Source: a virus (lineage: Duplodnaviria; Caudoviricetes). From it: DNA of 64,000 nucleotides. Under the pieces are notes generated by a model. The model saw only the letters and a program-made list of their open reading frames with translations, did no database searches and was not told where the DNA came from. The position numbers and the translations under genes are program-made. Location of the stretch: the IMG/VR virus record IMGVR_UViG_3300021124_000001; one strand, written 5' to 3'. Each line of letters opens with the position of its first letter. The first letter of the stretch is position 1. This document shows, piece by piece, positions 42,169-52,872 of this stretch.

Positions 42169-42696
42169 ATGAGTGCTTTAAACAGAACTCCAGTAAATAC
42201 CAATTTACTACAACCGTCAAAGTTTATATTGGCCTTCAATAGGCTTCCAACGGTTCAGTATTTTTGTCAAGAGGCGAACCTTCCTGGTGCTTCTTTGGGC
42301 TTTGCTGAGTTCAATACTCCTTTAGTTGATGTTCCTGTTGTGGGAAACAAACTAAACTACAATGAGTTTACCGTTCGTTTTATGATAGATGAACAAATTG
42401 CTTCTTGGAATGAACTGTATAAATGGATGTTGGCGATTGCTTCACCAAAAAACTTAGAAGATAGAGCATATTATAATCAACTGCAAAACCAGAATACAGC
42501 TAAACCTAGTCTTTATTCTGATGCAAACTTGACGGTTATGAGCGCCCTAAATAATCCATTAGTTAGAGTAAACTTCTTTAGAATGTTTCCTGTACAGTTG
42601 ACAGACATTGATTTTGATACACAGCAGTCTTCGGACACCATTCTAACAGCAACAGCAACATTTAGGTACGAATATTTCGAAATAGTACCTGCTTAA
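42169..42696 (+). CDS. 3: Tail tube terminator gp3
   Basis: NLLQPSKF...YFCQEANLPG, SDANL, FPVQL..IDFD. Confidence 0.85.
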   Translation: MSALNRTPVNTNLLQPSKFILAFNRLPTVQYFCQEANLPGASLGFAEFNTPLVDVPVVGNKLNYNEFTVRFMIDEQIASWNELYKWMLAIASPKNLEDRAYYNQLQNQNTAKPSLYSDANLTVMSALNNPLVRVNFFRMFPVQLTDIDFDTQQSSDTILTATATFRYEYFEIVPA

Positions 42697-42712
42697 TTTT
42701 TGTGAGTACATT

Positions 42713-43147
42713 ATGAATAAACTTGAAGACATCTTAAAAGCATGGGAAACTGACGCTGATATTGACCAGACAGAACCTGGCAAAGAGCTTTTAAAAATCC
42801 CCAAACTACACGGTAAGTACCTTGATTCTTTAATTAAGCACAAGATGGCAGCCAAAAAAGCCAACTTTGATTACTTACGTATGCGTAAACTAAAATGGGA
42901 ATACTATACAGGCAAGTTATCACAGGAAGAACTCAAAGAACTTGGCTGGGAACCATTCCAGTTTACACTCAAGTCTGACGTTTCTTTTTACCTGGAATCA
43001 GATAACGATCTTATCAAATTACTCGAAAAGAAGATTTACCATGAAGAAGTGGTATCTGTTATCGAGTCCATCATGTCAGAAGTCAAGCAACGTGCATGGG
43101 AACTAAAATCATTTATTGACTGGGAGAGATTCATTGGAGGACAGTAA
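42713..43147 (+). CDS. uvsY: Recombination mediator UvsY
   Basis: IPKLHGKYL, WEYYTGK, IDWERF. Confidence 0.9.
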   Translation: MNKLEDILKAWETDADIDQTEPGKELLKIPKLHGKYLDSLIKHKMAAKKANFDYLRMRKLKWEYYTGKLSQEELKELGWEPFQFTLKSDVSFYLESDNDLIKLLEKKIYHEEVVSVIESIMSEVKQRAWELKSFIDWERFIGGQ

Positions 43148-44645
43148 AGAACATTTGGTGGCCAGAAAGATAAATGAGGTCTACCTAAAAATCGAATGTG
43201 AGCGCCATCTAGCACAAGAGTTGTCGGAGTTTTTCACATTCTTTGTTCCTGGACATCAATTTGTTCCAGCATTCCGTAATAAAATATGGGATGGTAAGAT
43301 TCGCCTATTTGATTTGAGGACATATCAACTGTATGCCGGTTTGATAGATTACCTCAAAGAGTTTTGTGAATCAAGAGATTATGCTTATTCGTTTGAAGGT
43401 GATGGTATAGAAACTCAAGACGAGTTCTCAATGTATCATGCAAAGAAGTTTGTTTCTAGTTTGAATCTACATTCTGCTGGTAAACCAATCGAGGCCAGAG
43501 AACATCAGTTAGATGCATTCGTCCATGCAATGCAGAATCGTAGAGCATTACTACTTTCACCTACCGCATCAGGTAAATCTCTTATCATCTACTTGTTGTT
43601 CATGCAATTACACAAGTTTCAGAATCTTAGAGGCCTAATCATTGTGCCCACAACATCATTGGTTGAACAACTATATTCGGATTTTGCAGATTATTCCGAT
43701 GGAAATGGTTTTGATGTTGCAAACAATGTACACAGAATTTATCAAGGTAAAGATAAAAACACTACAAAAGTATTAACTATTTCCACATGGCAGTCTCTTT
43801 ATCAATTACCTGAAAACTATTTCAAGCAATTCGATTACATTATAGGTGATGAAGCACACCTATTCAAAGCACAATCGTTAACCGGCATCATGACTGCGGC
43901 CACAAATACGAAATATCGAATAGGACTCACTGGAACGCTCGATGGCACCAAGACACACAAGTTAGTACTAGAAGGGCTTTTTGGTGCAACCAAGCGTGTT
44001 GTATCTACGAAAGAACTAATAGATAAGAAGCAACTGTCGAGCTTTCAAATTAAATGCTTGATTTTAAAACATCCAGATGAAAAATGCGAAGAATCTAAAG
44101 ACTTTACCTATCAAGAAGAAATACAATACTTAATTGCGTGTGAGGCTAGAAACAAGTTTATTAAAAATCTTGCAGTTAGTTTAGGTAATAATACATTAAT
44201 ACTTTACCAAATGGTTGCCAAGCATGGACAGGTCCTGTACGATCTGATTCGGAATACCGAAAATATCGGTGACCGAAAAGTGTTTTTTGTCCATGGTGGG
44301 ACAGAAACAGAAGATAGAGAAAACATTCGAAAGATTATGGAGACTGAGAATAATGCTATTGTTGTGGCCAGTTATGGTACTTTTTCTACTGGAATTAACA
44401 TTAGGAATTTACATAATATTATCTTCGCATCTCCGTCAAAGTCAAGAGTTCGCAGTCTTCAATCTATTGGACGAGGCTTACGACAGGCGGAAGGTAAAGA
44501 AATGGCAACACTCTATGACATCGCAGACGATCTCAGAGTAAAGAAACATATGAATTTTACATTAAGACACTTCGTGGAACGAGTGAAGATATATACGGAA
44601 GAGAAGTTTCCTTTTAAAACGTATAAGATTGGACTTAAAAAATGA
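43134..44645 (+). CDS. uvsW: UvsW SF2 helicase
   Basis: WDGKIRLF, SPTASGKS, DEAH, LQSIGRGLR; TTG start after GGAG is uncertain. Confidence 0.92.
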   Translation: MEDSKEHLVARKINEVYLKIECERHLAQELSEFFTFFVPGHQFVPAFRNKIWDGKIRLFDLRTYQLYAGLIDYLKEFCESRDYAYSFEGDGIETQDEFSMYHAKKFVSSLNLHSAGKPIEAREHQLDAFVHAMQNRRALLLSPTASGKSLIIYLLFMQLHKFQNLRGLIIVPTTSLVEQLYSDFADYSDGNGFDVANNVHRIYQGKDKNTTKVLTISTWQSLYQLPENYFKQFDYIIGDEAHLFKAQSLTGIMTAATNTKYRIGLTGTLDGTKTHKLVLEGLFGATKRVVSTKELIDKKQLSSFQIKCLILKHPDEKCEESKDFTYQEEIQYLIACEARNKFIKNLAVSLGNNTLILYQMVAKHGQVLYDLIRNTENIGDRKVFFVHGGTETEDRENIRKIMETENNAIVVASYGTFSTGINIRNLHNIIFASPSKSRVRSLQSIGRGLRQAEGKEMATLYDIADDLRVKKHMNFTLRHFVERVKIYTEEKFPFKTYKIGLKK

Positions 44646-45034
44646 ACAACATTAAAATCCTACGTCTACAAAATGAATCGGACATTATTTGTTCATTAGA
44701 GGAAATTCGGAACGGAGAGTATGTTGTTAGCGATCCAATGTATTTTGAAATACAAAACAAAGGCGCTATCACACATATCATCATGGACTTCTATTTGCCA
44801 GTACAACTACTTGAGAAGAATGAAGTGGTGCTTACTGAAAAAGACATTGTGTTTAAGATAAACCCTAGCGAGGACTTCAAAGAGTATTACATGAACTCTG
44901 TAGAAAACCTCAAGAGAATGAAGCCTGAAGGAGAGTTTGAAGAAGAAACACAGGCGGAGTTAACTTCTAGAATCAAAGAGATGGTAATCCAAGCCTTTAT
45001 GGACATGGAACCAGAAGAAAAGGTATTTCATTAA
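44642..45034 (+). CDS. Conserved T4-like hypothetical protein
   Basis: Position between uvsW and g55; IKILRL..E.II motif. Confidence 0.55.
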   Translation: MNNIKILRLQNESDIICSLEEIRNGEYVVSDPMYFEIQNKGAITHIIMDFYLPVQLLEKNEVVLTEKDIVFKINPSEDFKEYYMNSVENLKRMKPEGEFEEETQAELTSRIKEMVIQAFMDMEPEEKVFH

Positions 45035-45106
45035 TCTTTAAGCATTGACACCGCCGAATGTAACACTGTCAAGCCCTTTTGTCAACAATTATTATGGTAA
45101 ACATGC

Positions 45107-45634
45107 ATGAGTACAAAACATTATATTAACAATGCCGATTTTTTAAAGGCATTAATCGAATACAAGAAACGCAAAGAGACTAATCCACAAGAACCAATCC
45201 CTGATTATATCGGGGCTTGCTGGATGAAAATTGCTGAAGGTTTATCACACAAACCAAACTTCATAAATTATCCACATAGAGAAGATATGATTGGTGATGG
45301 TATTGAAAACTGCCTAATGTATTTCGAGAACTTTGATCCAACCAAGTCTAACAATCCTTTTGCATACTTCACACAGATCGTTTACTACGCATTCCTAAGA
45401 AGAATCCAGAAAGAAAAGAAACAACTCTACGTCAAGTATAAGGCCACAGAACAGATGGGTATCCTTGACGAACATGAGTTCTTGGAGATGGAAGGCGGAG
45501 GCTCAAGACAGTTCGAATTGTATGACAACATTTCCGATTTTATCCAAACATATGAAGTTGGACAAAAGAAAAAGAAAGATGACAAGAAGTCTACCAAAAA
45601 GCCTAAAGGAATTGAAGTTTTTCTGGAAGAATAA
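45107..45634 (+). CDS. 55: Late sigma factor gp55
   Basis: HYINN..FL, LSHKPNFINY, NPFAYFTQI..YAFLRRIQKEKKQ. Confidence 0.93.
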   Translation: MSTKHYINNADFLKALIEYKKRKETNPQEPIPDYIGACWMKIAEGLSHKPNFINYPHREDMIGDGIENCLMYFENFDPTKSNNPFAYFTQIVYYAFLRRIQKEKKQLYVKYKATEQMGILDEHEFLEMEGGGSRQFELYDNISDFIQTYEVGQKKKKDDKKSTKKPKGIEVFLEE

Positions 45635-45645
45635 GCATTGACAAA

Positions 45646-46053
45646 ATGGCCTTATTAGATTATAATACTACAAACCTGGAACAAGTTTCAAGGATTATCA
45701 TACAAAATTTAACTTACGACTTACTTCCTAAAAAATGGGTGGTTAGAAACATGTCAAATCCAATGTTTGGACATTGCCATAATTCTGCCGGTTGTTTGTA
45801 TAAAATCTTTGGGCATACTGCAATGCATATGTACCGAGGTTTGGATGATGAAGGTATTTGGCATTGGTGGTGCTTAGACAAAGACAATATACTAATTGAC
45901 CTAACGGCATCTCAATATACAAATTTTAACAGGACTCCTCCATATGCAGAGGGCCAAAAAGCTGGCATGTTGGGGTTTGAATACCGCAAAAGAGTTTTGC
46001 GTTTATGTGATAGGGTGATGAATGAACTTGAAGGTAGAGAAAGTCTTTTCTAG
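45646..46053 (+). CDS. Hypothetical protein
   Basis: GHCH, HWW, IDLTASQY motifs of a phage family of unknown function. Confidence 0.5.
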   Translation: MALLDYNTTNLEQVSRIIIQNLTYDLLPKKWVVRNMSNPMFGHCHNSAGCLYKIFGHTAMHMYRGLDDEGIWHWWCLDKDNILIDLTASQYTNFNRTPPYAEGQKAGMLGFEYRKRVLRLCDRVMNELEGRESLF

Positions 46054-46088
46054 CACCAAACTATGATAAATATGTCCAGGAGGGAATA

Positions 46089-46583
46089 ATGCAAGACATA
46101 TTTGATAGTTTACGTAACATGGAATGGGATTTAGATAAAATAAAATCACAATCCACACACCAAACTAATTTTGTCACATACGGCAAAAATAATCCCATGT
46201 ATGGCTTAAAGGGTGATAACCATCCTTCATCCGAGTGGCATAAAAATTCAGCGACAAAAGAGTATTACAACAACAAACGCATTCGGACTTTGGAGAGTTG
46301 GATGAACGATACCGATAGAAGAAAACAACATTCCGAAAAAATGAAAGAACGTTGGGTTAATGGAAAATTGTCTGCTGAAATTTCTAGAAAAAATGGCCAA
46401 CACGGAATGGTTGGCAAAGATGTACATAACACACTTGAAATTGAATACAAGGGTGTGTTATACTATGGTTGGAGAGAGTTACTTGAAAACACAAATGTTT
46501 CAAAGCATTTGTATAAAAAGTATTACTTAAACGGAATAGATCCTGAACCTAGAATAGGTGCAGATGGTCCTAAAGCCAAATAA
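46089..46583 (+). CDS. NUMOD-type DNA-binding protein / homing-endonuclease-related ORF with no recognisable nuclease domain
   Basis: GKNNPMYGLKG.NHP motif; GATAAATA promoter and AGGAGG SD. Confidence 0.5.
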   Translation: MQDIFDSLRNMEWDLDKIKSQSTHQTNFVTYGKNNPMYGLKGDNHPSSEWHKNSATKEYYNNKRIRTLESWMNDTDRRKQHSEKMKERWVNGKLSAEISRKNGQHGMVGKDVHNTLEIEYKGVLYYGWRELLENTNVSKHLYKKYYLNGIDPEPRIGADGPKAK

Positions 46584-46614
46584 TATATTGTTTTTTTTGA
46601 GAGGAGGTGTCAGT

Positions 46615-47686
46615 ATGAGAGTCGCAATTATAACTGACCAGCATTTTCGGCGCACGTAATGATTCGGTCCATTTTCTGGATTATTATGAAAAGTTTTATA
46701 AAGATACTTTTTTTCCTGCTCTTGATGCTAATGGGATACGCACTGTACTCATTCTCGGAGATACTTTTGACCGTAGAAAATACGTCAACTTTTACACACT
46801 GAAACGTGCCAAAGAAATGTTCTTTGATCCTCTATTTTACAGAGGAATTGATGTACACTTGTTGGCTGGTAACCACGACACATATTACAAGAATACCAAT
46901 GAAGTGAATTCTGTAGACTTATTGTTGCGTGAATACGGCAACATCAATGTGATTGACGAGCCTACAACCATCTACGTTGGACCAACACCAATCTGTATGA
47001 TGCCCTGGATATGTCCAGAAAATTATGAAGATTCCATGGAAACTTTGAAAGAAACAACAGCAGATATTTGCATGGGACATTTTGAAATCGCTGGCTTTGC
47101 CATGCATCGTGGTATGCCATCTGAAGAAGGACTAAATCGTGAACTTTTCAACCGTTTTCACTGCACTTTCAGCGGTCATTATCACCATCGTTCTAGCAAT
47201 GGTGGCATTTTCTATCTTGGAAACCCTTACGAACTTACGTGGCAAGATTATGCTGATGTCCGGGGCTTTCATTTGTTTGATGTGGATTCCCGTCAGTTGG
47301 ATTTTATTCCAAATCCTAACGTCATGTTTCACCGGATAATGTATGATGACAAACATCAAGACATAAAAGAAATTTTAAACAAAGACCTAAGTGCATGTGC
47401 TGGTGTTTATGTCAAAGTTGTGGTGATTGAGAAAACAAATCCATTTTTGTTTGACCAGTTTATGAACAAGATATATGCCTTAAATCCACTCGATATTACC
47501 ATTGTGGAAGATGCAATTGACTTGACAGATGGCCTAGAAGATGATAAGATTGATGAAGCAGAAGACACCATTACTATTATTAATAAGTATGTGGATGGAC
47601 TTCAAAACGATGGCATTGATAATAACAAACTCAAGACTATGATGCGTGAACTATATGTTGAGGCATTGAATTTAGAACAGGCATGA
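46615..47686 (+). CDS. 47: Recombination endonuclease gp47 (Mre11/SbcD-like); needs a +1 frameshift at 46645-46648
   Basis: MRVAIITDQHF in one frame and GARNDS...GDTFDRRK...GNHD...FSGHYH in the +1 frame; GGAGGT SD before 46615. Confidence 0.88.
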
Positions 47687-49398
47687 TTAATTTTCAAACG
47701 ATACGATGGAAAAACTTATTGTCCACTGGCAATACGTTTACTGAAATCCGACTTGACAAATCTCCCAATACTCTGATTATTGGTAACAACGGTGCAGGCA
47801 AGAGTACAATTCTTGATGCATTGTGCTTTGCTTTGTTCGGCAAACCATTCCGTAAAATTAATAAACCAAACCTTGTAAACTCAATTAACAATGGAGATAC
47901 TGTAGTACAAGTTGAGTTTAAAATTGGCAAGAAGCAATACAAGGTTGTTCGAGGTATCAAACCAAATATTTTGGAGATTTACCTGAATGGTTCTCTGTTG
48001 AATCAAGATGCTAAAGCAAAAGATTACCAAGAATACTTAGAGAAGTCGATTCTTAAATTCAACTTTAAGTCTTTCACACAGATTGTTATCCTTGGATCAG
48101 CATCTTTTGTTCCATTCATGCAACTATCTGCGGCCGACCGTAGAGCATTGATTGAAGAACTATTGGACATTCAAATCTTTACTTCCATGAATGGTCTAAT
48201 CAAGGACAGAATGGCGGCCATCAAAGATTCTTCTACACAAAACAAGTATGATATGCAGTTGGTATCTGAAAAGATTCAAATGCAAAAACAAAACATTGAA
48301 GAACATAAGCAAGGTAATCTGCTGGCCATTGAACGCAAAACGGAAGAAATCAAAACGAATGAAGAACATGTCAAGAGATTGAATAAAGATATTGTTTTAA
48401 TCCAAAAACACATCGATGCACTTCAAAAGAAAATTGATGATAAGTCCACTGTTGAGGGTAAAAGTAAGAAGTTACTTCAATTAGAAGCAAAAGTGGAATC
48501 TACAATTACCAAGATTGAGAAAGACATTGCTTTTTACCACAACAACGATAATTGTCCAACATGTAAACAACATATTGCCGCAGACTTCAAGAAAGAACAG
48601 ATTGAAGAAAATGTGGCAAAGGTGTTGACGAAGAAATTGGGGCTAGAAGAACTGAATACAGAGTATACAAAACTCCAAACTCGTTTGACAGAAATCCTAA
48701 ACGTTTCTAAACACATAACAGAACACAATAACGAGATCGTCAAACACAATTCAACGATCACAGCAGTTAACACATACATCACAAAACTTAACAAAGAGAT
48801 TAAGGAGTTAAGTGAACACAAAGACAATTTAACAGAAGAAAATCAAAAGATGAAGTCCTTGAAAAAGGATTTGGCTGACTTGGTGGCAACACAAGAACAA
48901 TTGTCTATAGATAAACACTATCATGAATATGCGGCCTCGCTACTCAAAGATAATGGTATCAAGACAAAGATTATCAAACAATATCTACCAATTATCAACA
49001 AACTTGTCAACAAGTACTTGAAGGCAATGGACTTCTTTGTTAACTTTAATCTGAATGAAAACTTTGAGGAAACAATTAAATCTCGTCACCGTGATGAGTT
49101 TTCTTATTCCAATTTTTCAGAAGGTGAAAAGATGCGTATCGATTTGGCATTACTGTTTACGTGGCGCCAAATTGCTAAAATGAAAAATTCAACTAATACA
49201 AACCTACTTATTCTCGATGAGGTTTTTGATTCGAGCCTAGATAGTGTTGGTACTGATGAATTTTTAAAACTGATACATGAGATGGGAACAGAAACGAACA
49301 TCTTTGTTATCAGTCACAAGGGTGACCAACTTTTTGATAAGTTCCGGTCTATAATTCGTTTTGAGAAAAAGAATAACTTTTCACAGGTGAAAATATGA
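47683..49398 (+). CDS. 46: Recombination ATPase gp46 (Rad50/SbcC-like)
   Basis: GNNGAGKST, CPTC zinc hook, FSEGEK, LDEVFDSSLD, ISH. Confidence 0.95.
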   Translation: MINFQTIRWKNLLSTGNTFTEIRLDKSPNTLIIGNNGAGKSTILDALCFALFGKPFRKINKPNLVNSINNGDTVVQVEFKIGKKQYKVVRGIKPNILEIYLNGSLLNQDAKAKDYQEYLEKSILKFNFKSFTQIVILGSASFVPFMQLSAADRRALIEELLDIQIFTSMNGLIKDRMAAIKDSSTQNKYDMQLVSEKIQMQKQNIEEHKQGNLLAIERKTEEIKTNEEHVKRLNKDIVLIQKHIDALQKKIDDKSTVEGKSKKLLQLEAKVESTITKIEKDIAFYHNNDNCPTCKQHIAADFKKEQIEENVAKVLTKKLGLEELNTEYTKLQTRLTEILNVSKHITEHNNEIVKHNSTITAVNTYITKLNKEIKELSEHKDNLTEENQKMKSLKKDLADLVATQEQLSIDKHYHEYAASLLKDNGIKTKIIKQYLPIINKLVNKYLKAMDFFVNFNLNENFEETIKSRHRDEFSYSNFSEGEKMRIDLALLFTWRQIAKMKNSTNTNLLILDEVFDSSLDSVGTDEFLKLIHEMGTETNIFVISHKGDQLFDKFRSIIRFEKKNNFSQVKI

Positions 49399-50021
49399 GT
49401 GATGTTTTTAAGATTAATACGGAAGAAATTGCTTCTGGTGTACAACAACCAACAATCGAAACATTCGATTTAGTTGCAGACAGTGATCCAATCCTACGTG
49501 AGGTGATGCCAGAGTTTGACTTTGAAAATGCAATTGTGAACCCTACAGATTTTGCATCTTCTTTGGTTGAAACTTGCAAGAAGAACCAAGGCATCGGTTT
49601 GTCTGCCAATCAATGTGGATTCCGACATCGTGTGTTTGTAATGGGTGCTGGTGATGAATATGTGGCCCACTTTAATCCTAAGATTGTAGAAACCGAAGGT
49701 GAAGCACACATGCTTGAAGGATGTCTATCGTTTCCTTTACTAGGACTACGTATTACTCGTCCAGCAACCATTACTGTGGAATATCAAGACCACAATGGAG
49801 AAAAGCATACCACAAAGTATGCCGGTATTTCTGCACGTTGTTTCCTCCATGAGCTTGACCACATGAATGGAATAGTGTATACTGACCGTGTGAAGCCGTT
49901 GGCATTGAAATCTGGTGTGAACAAACGCAACAAGGTTATCAAGAGAATGGCACAATACCAATCACTATTGATGAAGCAAGCTAAACAACAACATGGCAAA
50001 AACACCACCAGAACTCGTTGA
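49395..50021 (+). CDS. def: Peptide deformylase
   Basis: GIGLSANQ, EGCLS, HELDH. Confidence 0.93.
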   Translation: MSDVFKINTEEIASGVQQPTIETFDLVADSDPILREVMPEFDFENAIVNPTDFASSLVETCKKNQGIGLSANQCGFRHRVFVMGAGDEYVAHFNPKIVETEGEAHMLEGCLSFPLLGLRITRPATITVEYQDHNGEKHTTKYAGISARCFLHELDHMNGIVYTDRVKPLALKSGVNKRNKVIKRMAQYQSLLMKQAKQQHGKNTTRTR

Positions 50022-51255
50022 AAAACAATGGTTGGAATGGAAAGAAAACAATACTTCCATTCCACACATTGATGAAGATACACTCAAAAAAAATCTAATA
50101 TCCGATTTGACGTATGCGTCACAAATGGATGTTAAAGAGTATACATTGTACCAAAAATGGTGTGAAGTAAAAGAGCGTTATCCTGTAGATGAAGTTTCTA
50201 CACTTTGGGGTCCTGAACTCCAAATGGTCAACAAAGATCAAGAAAACATTATCAAAGAAGTTAAGAAAAACTTTTGGATGCCTACTGGTCCAGATGATTA
50301 TGATAAACTTCAACCAATGCTAGAACTATCTAACGGTGAACTAGCAGAAACCTGGAATGCAGTTCGCACTTTCTCATCCACAATGAAGAACAATTCCAAC
50401 ATTGGTCGTAACCTGTTTTATACAGTCAAAGATCGTGTTACAGGAAAGTATCTTGGTGTTATCTGTATCTCTTCCGACTTCTTAGACTTGACTCCTCGTG
50501 ATACGGCCATTGGCTGGTCACGAGATGTTAAGACACAACAAGGTATGATTAACCATACAGCAATTGGTTCTACTATTGTTCCTTTACAGCCTCTTGGTTA
50601 CAGCTACATGGGTGGTAAATTGCTTGCACTTCTGTGCCTTGCAGATACTGTCCAAAAAGATTGGAAAGAACGTTATGGAGACACTCTTGTTGGCGTTACT
50701 ACAACGTCACTCTACGGAAAGACCAAAGCCGGTGGGCTTTCTCAATACGATGGTTTGGAACATTGGCAGAAGATGGGATTTTCTAGTGGGTCTGTTGCTT
50801 TTGAGCCTAAGCGCACAACTGCTAACATGGTCTACAAATGGATCAAAGAAAACCACACAAGAAAATACTTCGAATGGTGGGAAGCAAAGAACTCACAAGG
50901 ATTACCACTGAAACGTGACCACAAGAATCGTTCACTAAACTTTGCATATGGTAAGTTGAAGATTCCAAAAGAACTCATCCGTACAGAACACCAACGAGGC
51001 ATTTACTTTTCTCCGTTGTACAATAACACCAACGAATTTCTCCGTAAAGAAATCGGTGATGCGGATTTAGTAAAGAGTTTCGATACGTCCGAAGAAGCAT
51101 TGTCTAATATCTGGAAAACCAAATATGCTAAAGGTCGTATTCGTCAATTACAGAAACAAAATAAAGTCTCATATGAAAACCTATTCTATGATGACCTAAT
51201 CTATTTGACTTGGGAAGAAACCAAGGCAAAGTATCTACCCCAAGTTGGTAGATAA
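49993..51255 (+). CDS. DUF4338 / Druantia DruA-like protein
   Basis: IGRNLFY.V.D..TGKYLG, RD.AIGW, VPLQPLG...GGKLLA, TTTSLYG. Confidence 0.7.
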   Translation: MAKTPPELVEKQWLEWKENNTSIPHIDEDTLKKNLISDLTYASQMDVKEYTLYQKWCEVKERYPVDEVSTLWGPELQMVNKDQENIIKEVKKNFWMPTGPDDYDKLQPMLELSNGELAETWNAVRTFSSTMKNNSNIGRNLFYTVKDRVTGKYLGVICISSDFLDLTPRDTAIGWSRDVKTQQGMINHTAIGSTIVPLQPLGYSYMGGKLLALLCLADTVQKDWKERYGDTLVGVTTTSLYGKTKAGGLSQYDGLEHWQKMGFSSGSVAFEPKRTTANMVYKWIKENHTRKYFEWWEAKNSQGLPLKRDHKNRSLNFAYGKLKIPKELIRTEHQRGIYFSPLYNNTNEFLRKEIGDADLVKSFDTSEEALSNIWKTKYAKGRIRQLQKQNKVSYENLFYDDLIYLTWEETKAKYLPQVGR

Positions 51256-51277
51256 ACCAAGTATACCACAAACATAC

Positions 51278-51306
51278 TTGACAAGTGACATACATAATAG
51301 TATGAT
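51278..51306 (+). promoter_or_regulatory. Sigma70-type promoter
   Basis: TTGACA-17-TATGAT. Confidence 0.75.
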
Positions 51307-51353
51307 CGTGATTCTCGCACTGCGAGGTTTTTTAAATTATTAGGAGTTATATT

Positions 51354-51620
51354 ATGACAACTTTGTCCTCAAAACAACGCATCTTGAATGCACTCAAACA
51401 AACCAGTGGCTATAATACCTTTTCTGTAAAGGCAGCACAGAAACGTTTTGGTATCAAAAATGTTCCAGCTCGCATTGAAGAATTGCGTCAAGAAGGCCAT
51501 TGCATCTACACTAACAGCCGTAAAGTCAACGGCAAGAAAGTTAGTTTCTATCGTTTAGGTACTCCAACTAAAGCGATGGTAAAAACTGCTTTGCAAGCTG
51601 GTCACACACTTACCGCTTAA
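51354..51620 (+). CDS. Small winged-HTH DNA-binding protein
   Basis: AQKRFGIKNVPARIEELRQEGH.I, YRLG.P. Confidence 0.65.
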   Translation: MTTLSSKQRILNALKQTSGYNTFSVKAAQKRFGIKNVPARIEELRQEGHCIYTNSRKVNGKKVSFYRLGTPTKAMVKTALQAGHTLTA

Positions 51621-51694
51621 TTAACTTAACGTATTCCATTATTGACAATTCTACACGGTTTTGTCAATAATGGTTTACTTTTTCAGGAGTCCAC

Positions 51695-52492
51695 ATGGAA
51701 ATTTCAATCAAAACAGAAGAACTACGTAAGTATAGTATCTTTGTTGCCACGCCGATGTATGGTGGCATGAATCACGGTCTATACATGAAAGCATGTTTGG
51801 ACTTACAGGGTCTCTGTATGCAATACGGAATCCAAATTAAATTCTCATTCTTGTTTAATGAGTCACTGATTACTCGTGCTAGAAACTATCTTGTGGATGA
51901 GTTCTTGCACCGTTCAGAATGCACACACTTGTTGTTTATTGATTCTGACATCAACTTCAATCCACAAGATGTTATCGCAATGTTGGCTCTCGATAAAGAA
52001 GTTATCGGCGGTCCATATCCTAAGAAAGCTATCAAATGGCGTTCTGTTAAAAAAGCAATTGAAAAGAATCCTAGTCTCGATGCACAAACACTTGAAAAAG
52101 TTGCCGGCGACTTTGTATTCAATCCAGTTAAGGGCACATCACAATTCTCCGTGACTGAACCACTTGAAGTTTTGGAAATTGGTACAGGCTTTATGATGGT
52201 TAAACGTGAAGTTTTCCCTAAGTTTGAAGCCGCATATCCTCAGTTGAAGTACAAACCAGACCACGTTGGCCAAGCCAACTTTGATGGTACACGGTACATT
52301 CACGCCTATTTTGACACCACAATTGATCCAGAATCTGAGCGTTACTTGTCAGAAGATTATATGTTCTGTCAGTGGTGGCGTAAAATTGGTGGTCAAATTT
52401 ATCTCTGCCCATGGATGCGTACAGCACACATTGGAACCTATCACTTCCAAGGTGACATGCCAGCAGTTGCAAATTACGTTGGAGAAATGTAA
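51695..52492 (+). CDS. GT-A fold glycosyltransferase-like protein
   Basis: IFVATPMYGG, ESLITRARN, LFIDSDI, GTGFM, LSEDYMFC. Confidence 0.75.
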   Translation: MEISIKTEELRKYSIFVATPMYGGMNHGLYMKACLDLQGLCMQYGIQIKFSFLFNESLITRARNYLVDEFLHRSECTHLLFIDSDINFNPQDVIAMLALDKEVIGGPYPKKAIKWRSVKKAIEKNPSLDAQTLEKVAGDFVFNPVKGTSQFSVTEPLEVLEIGTGFMMVKREVFPKFEAAYPQLKYKPDHVGQANFDGTRYIHAYFDTTIDPESERYLSEDYMFCQWWRKIGGQIYLCPWMRTAHIGTYHFQGDMPAVANYVGEM

Positions 52493-52872
52493 TGCCTAAA
52501 CTTGAAGACAATACTGATGATTTGGTAGTATCTTCACAAACCGCCACAACTGGCGGCCGCAAATTTGATGGTGGTAAGCTGGAGTATGGCTTACTGCCTC
52601 CTTTTGCTTTAGAAGAAACTGTCAAAGTATTAACCTTTGGTGCTCAAAAATATGAGCGTGATAATTGGCAAAAAGTACCAGATTCTAAGCGCCGTTATTT
52701 TGATGCAATGCAAAGACATCTTTGGGCATGGAAACAAGGCGAACAGGATGACCCCGAGTCTGGTATAAATCACTTGGCACACGCCATGTGTTGCTTGATG
52801 TTTCTTTACGAACATGATACAATCTATTCTAAAGAAACTTTACATAATGGAGAAACTAATGAAACTATCTAA
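52492..52872 (+). CDS. DUF5664 dATP/dGTP diphosphohydrolase-like protein
   Basis: KFDGGK...LLPP.AL, FGAQKY...NW, DPESGINHLAHA. Confidence 0.8.
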   Translation: MPKLEDNTDDLVVSSQTATTGGRKFDGGKLEYGLLPPFALEETVKVLTFGAQKYERDNWQKVPDSKRRYFDAMQRHLWAWKQGEQDDPESGINHLAHAMCCLMFLYEHDTIYSKETLHNGETNETI

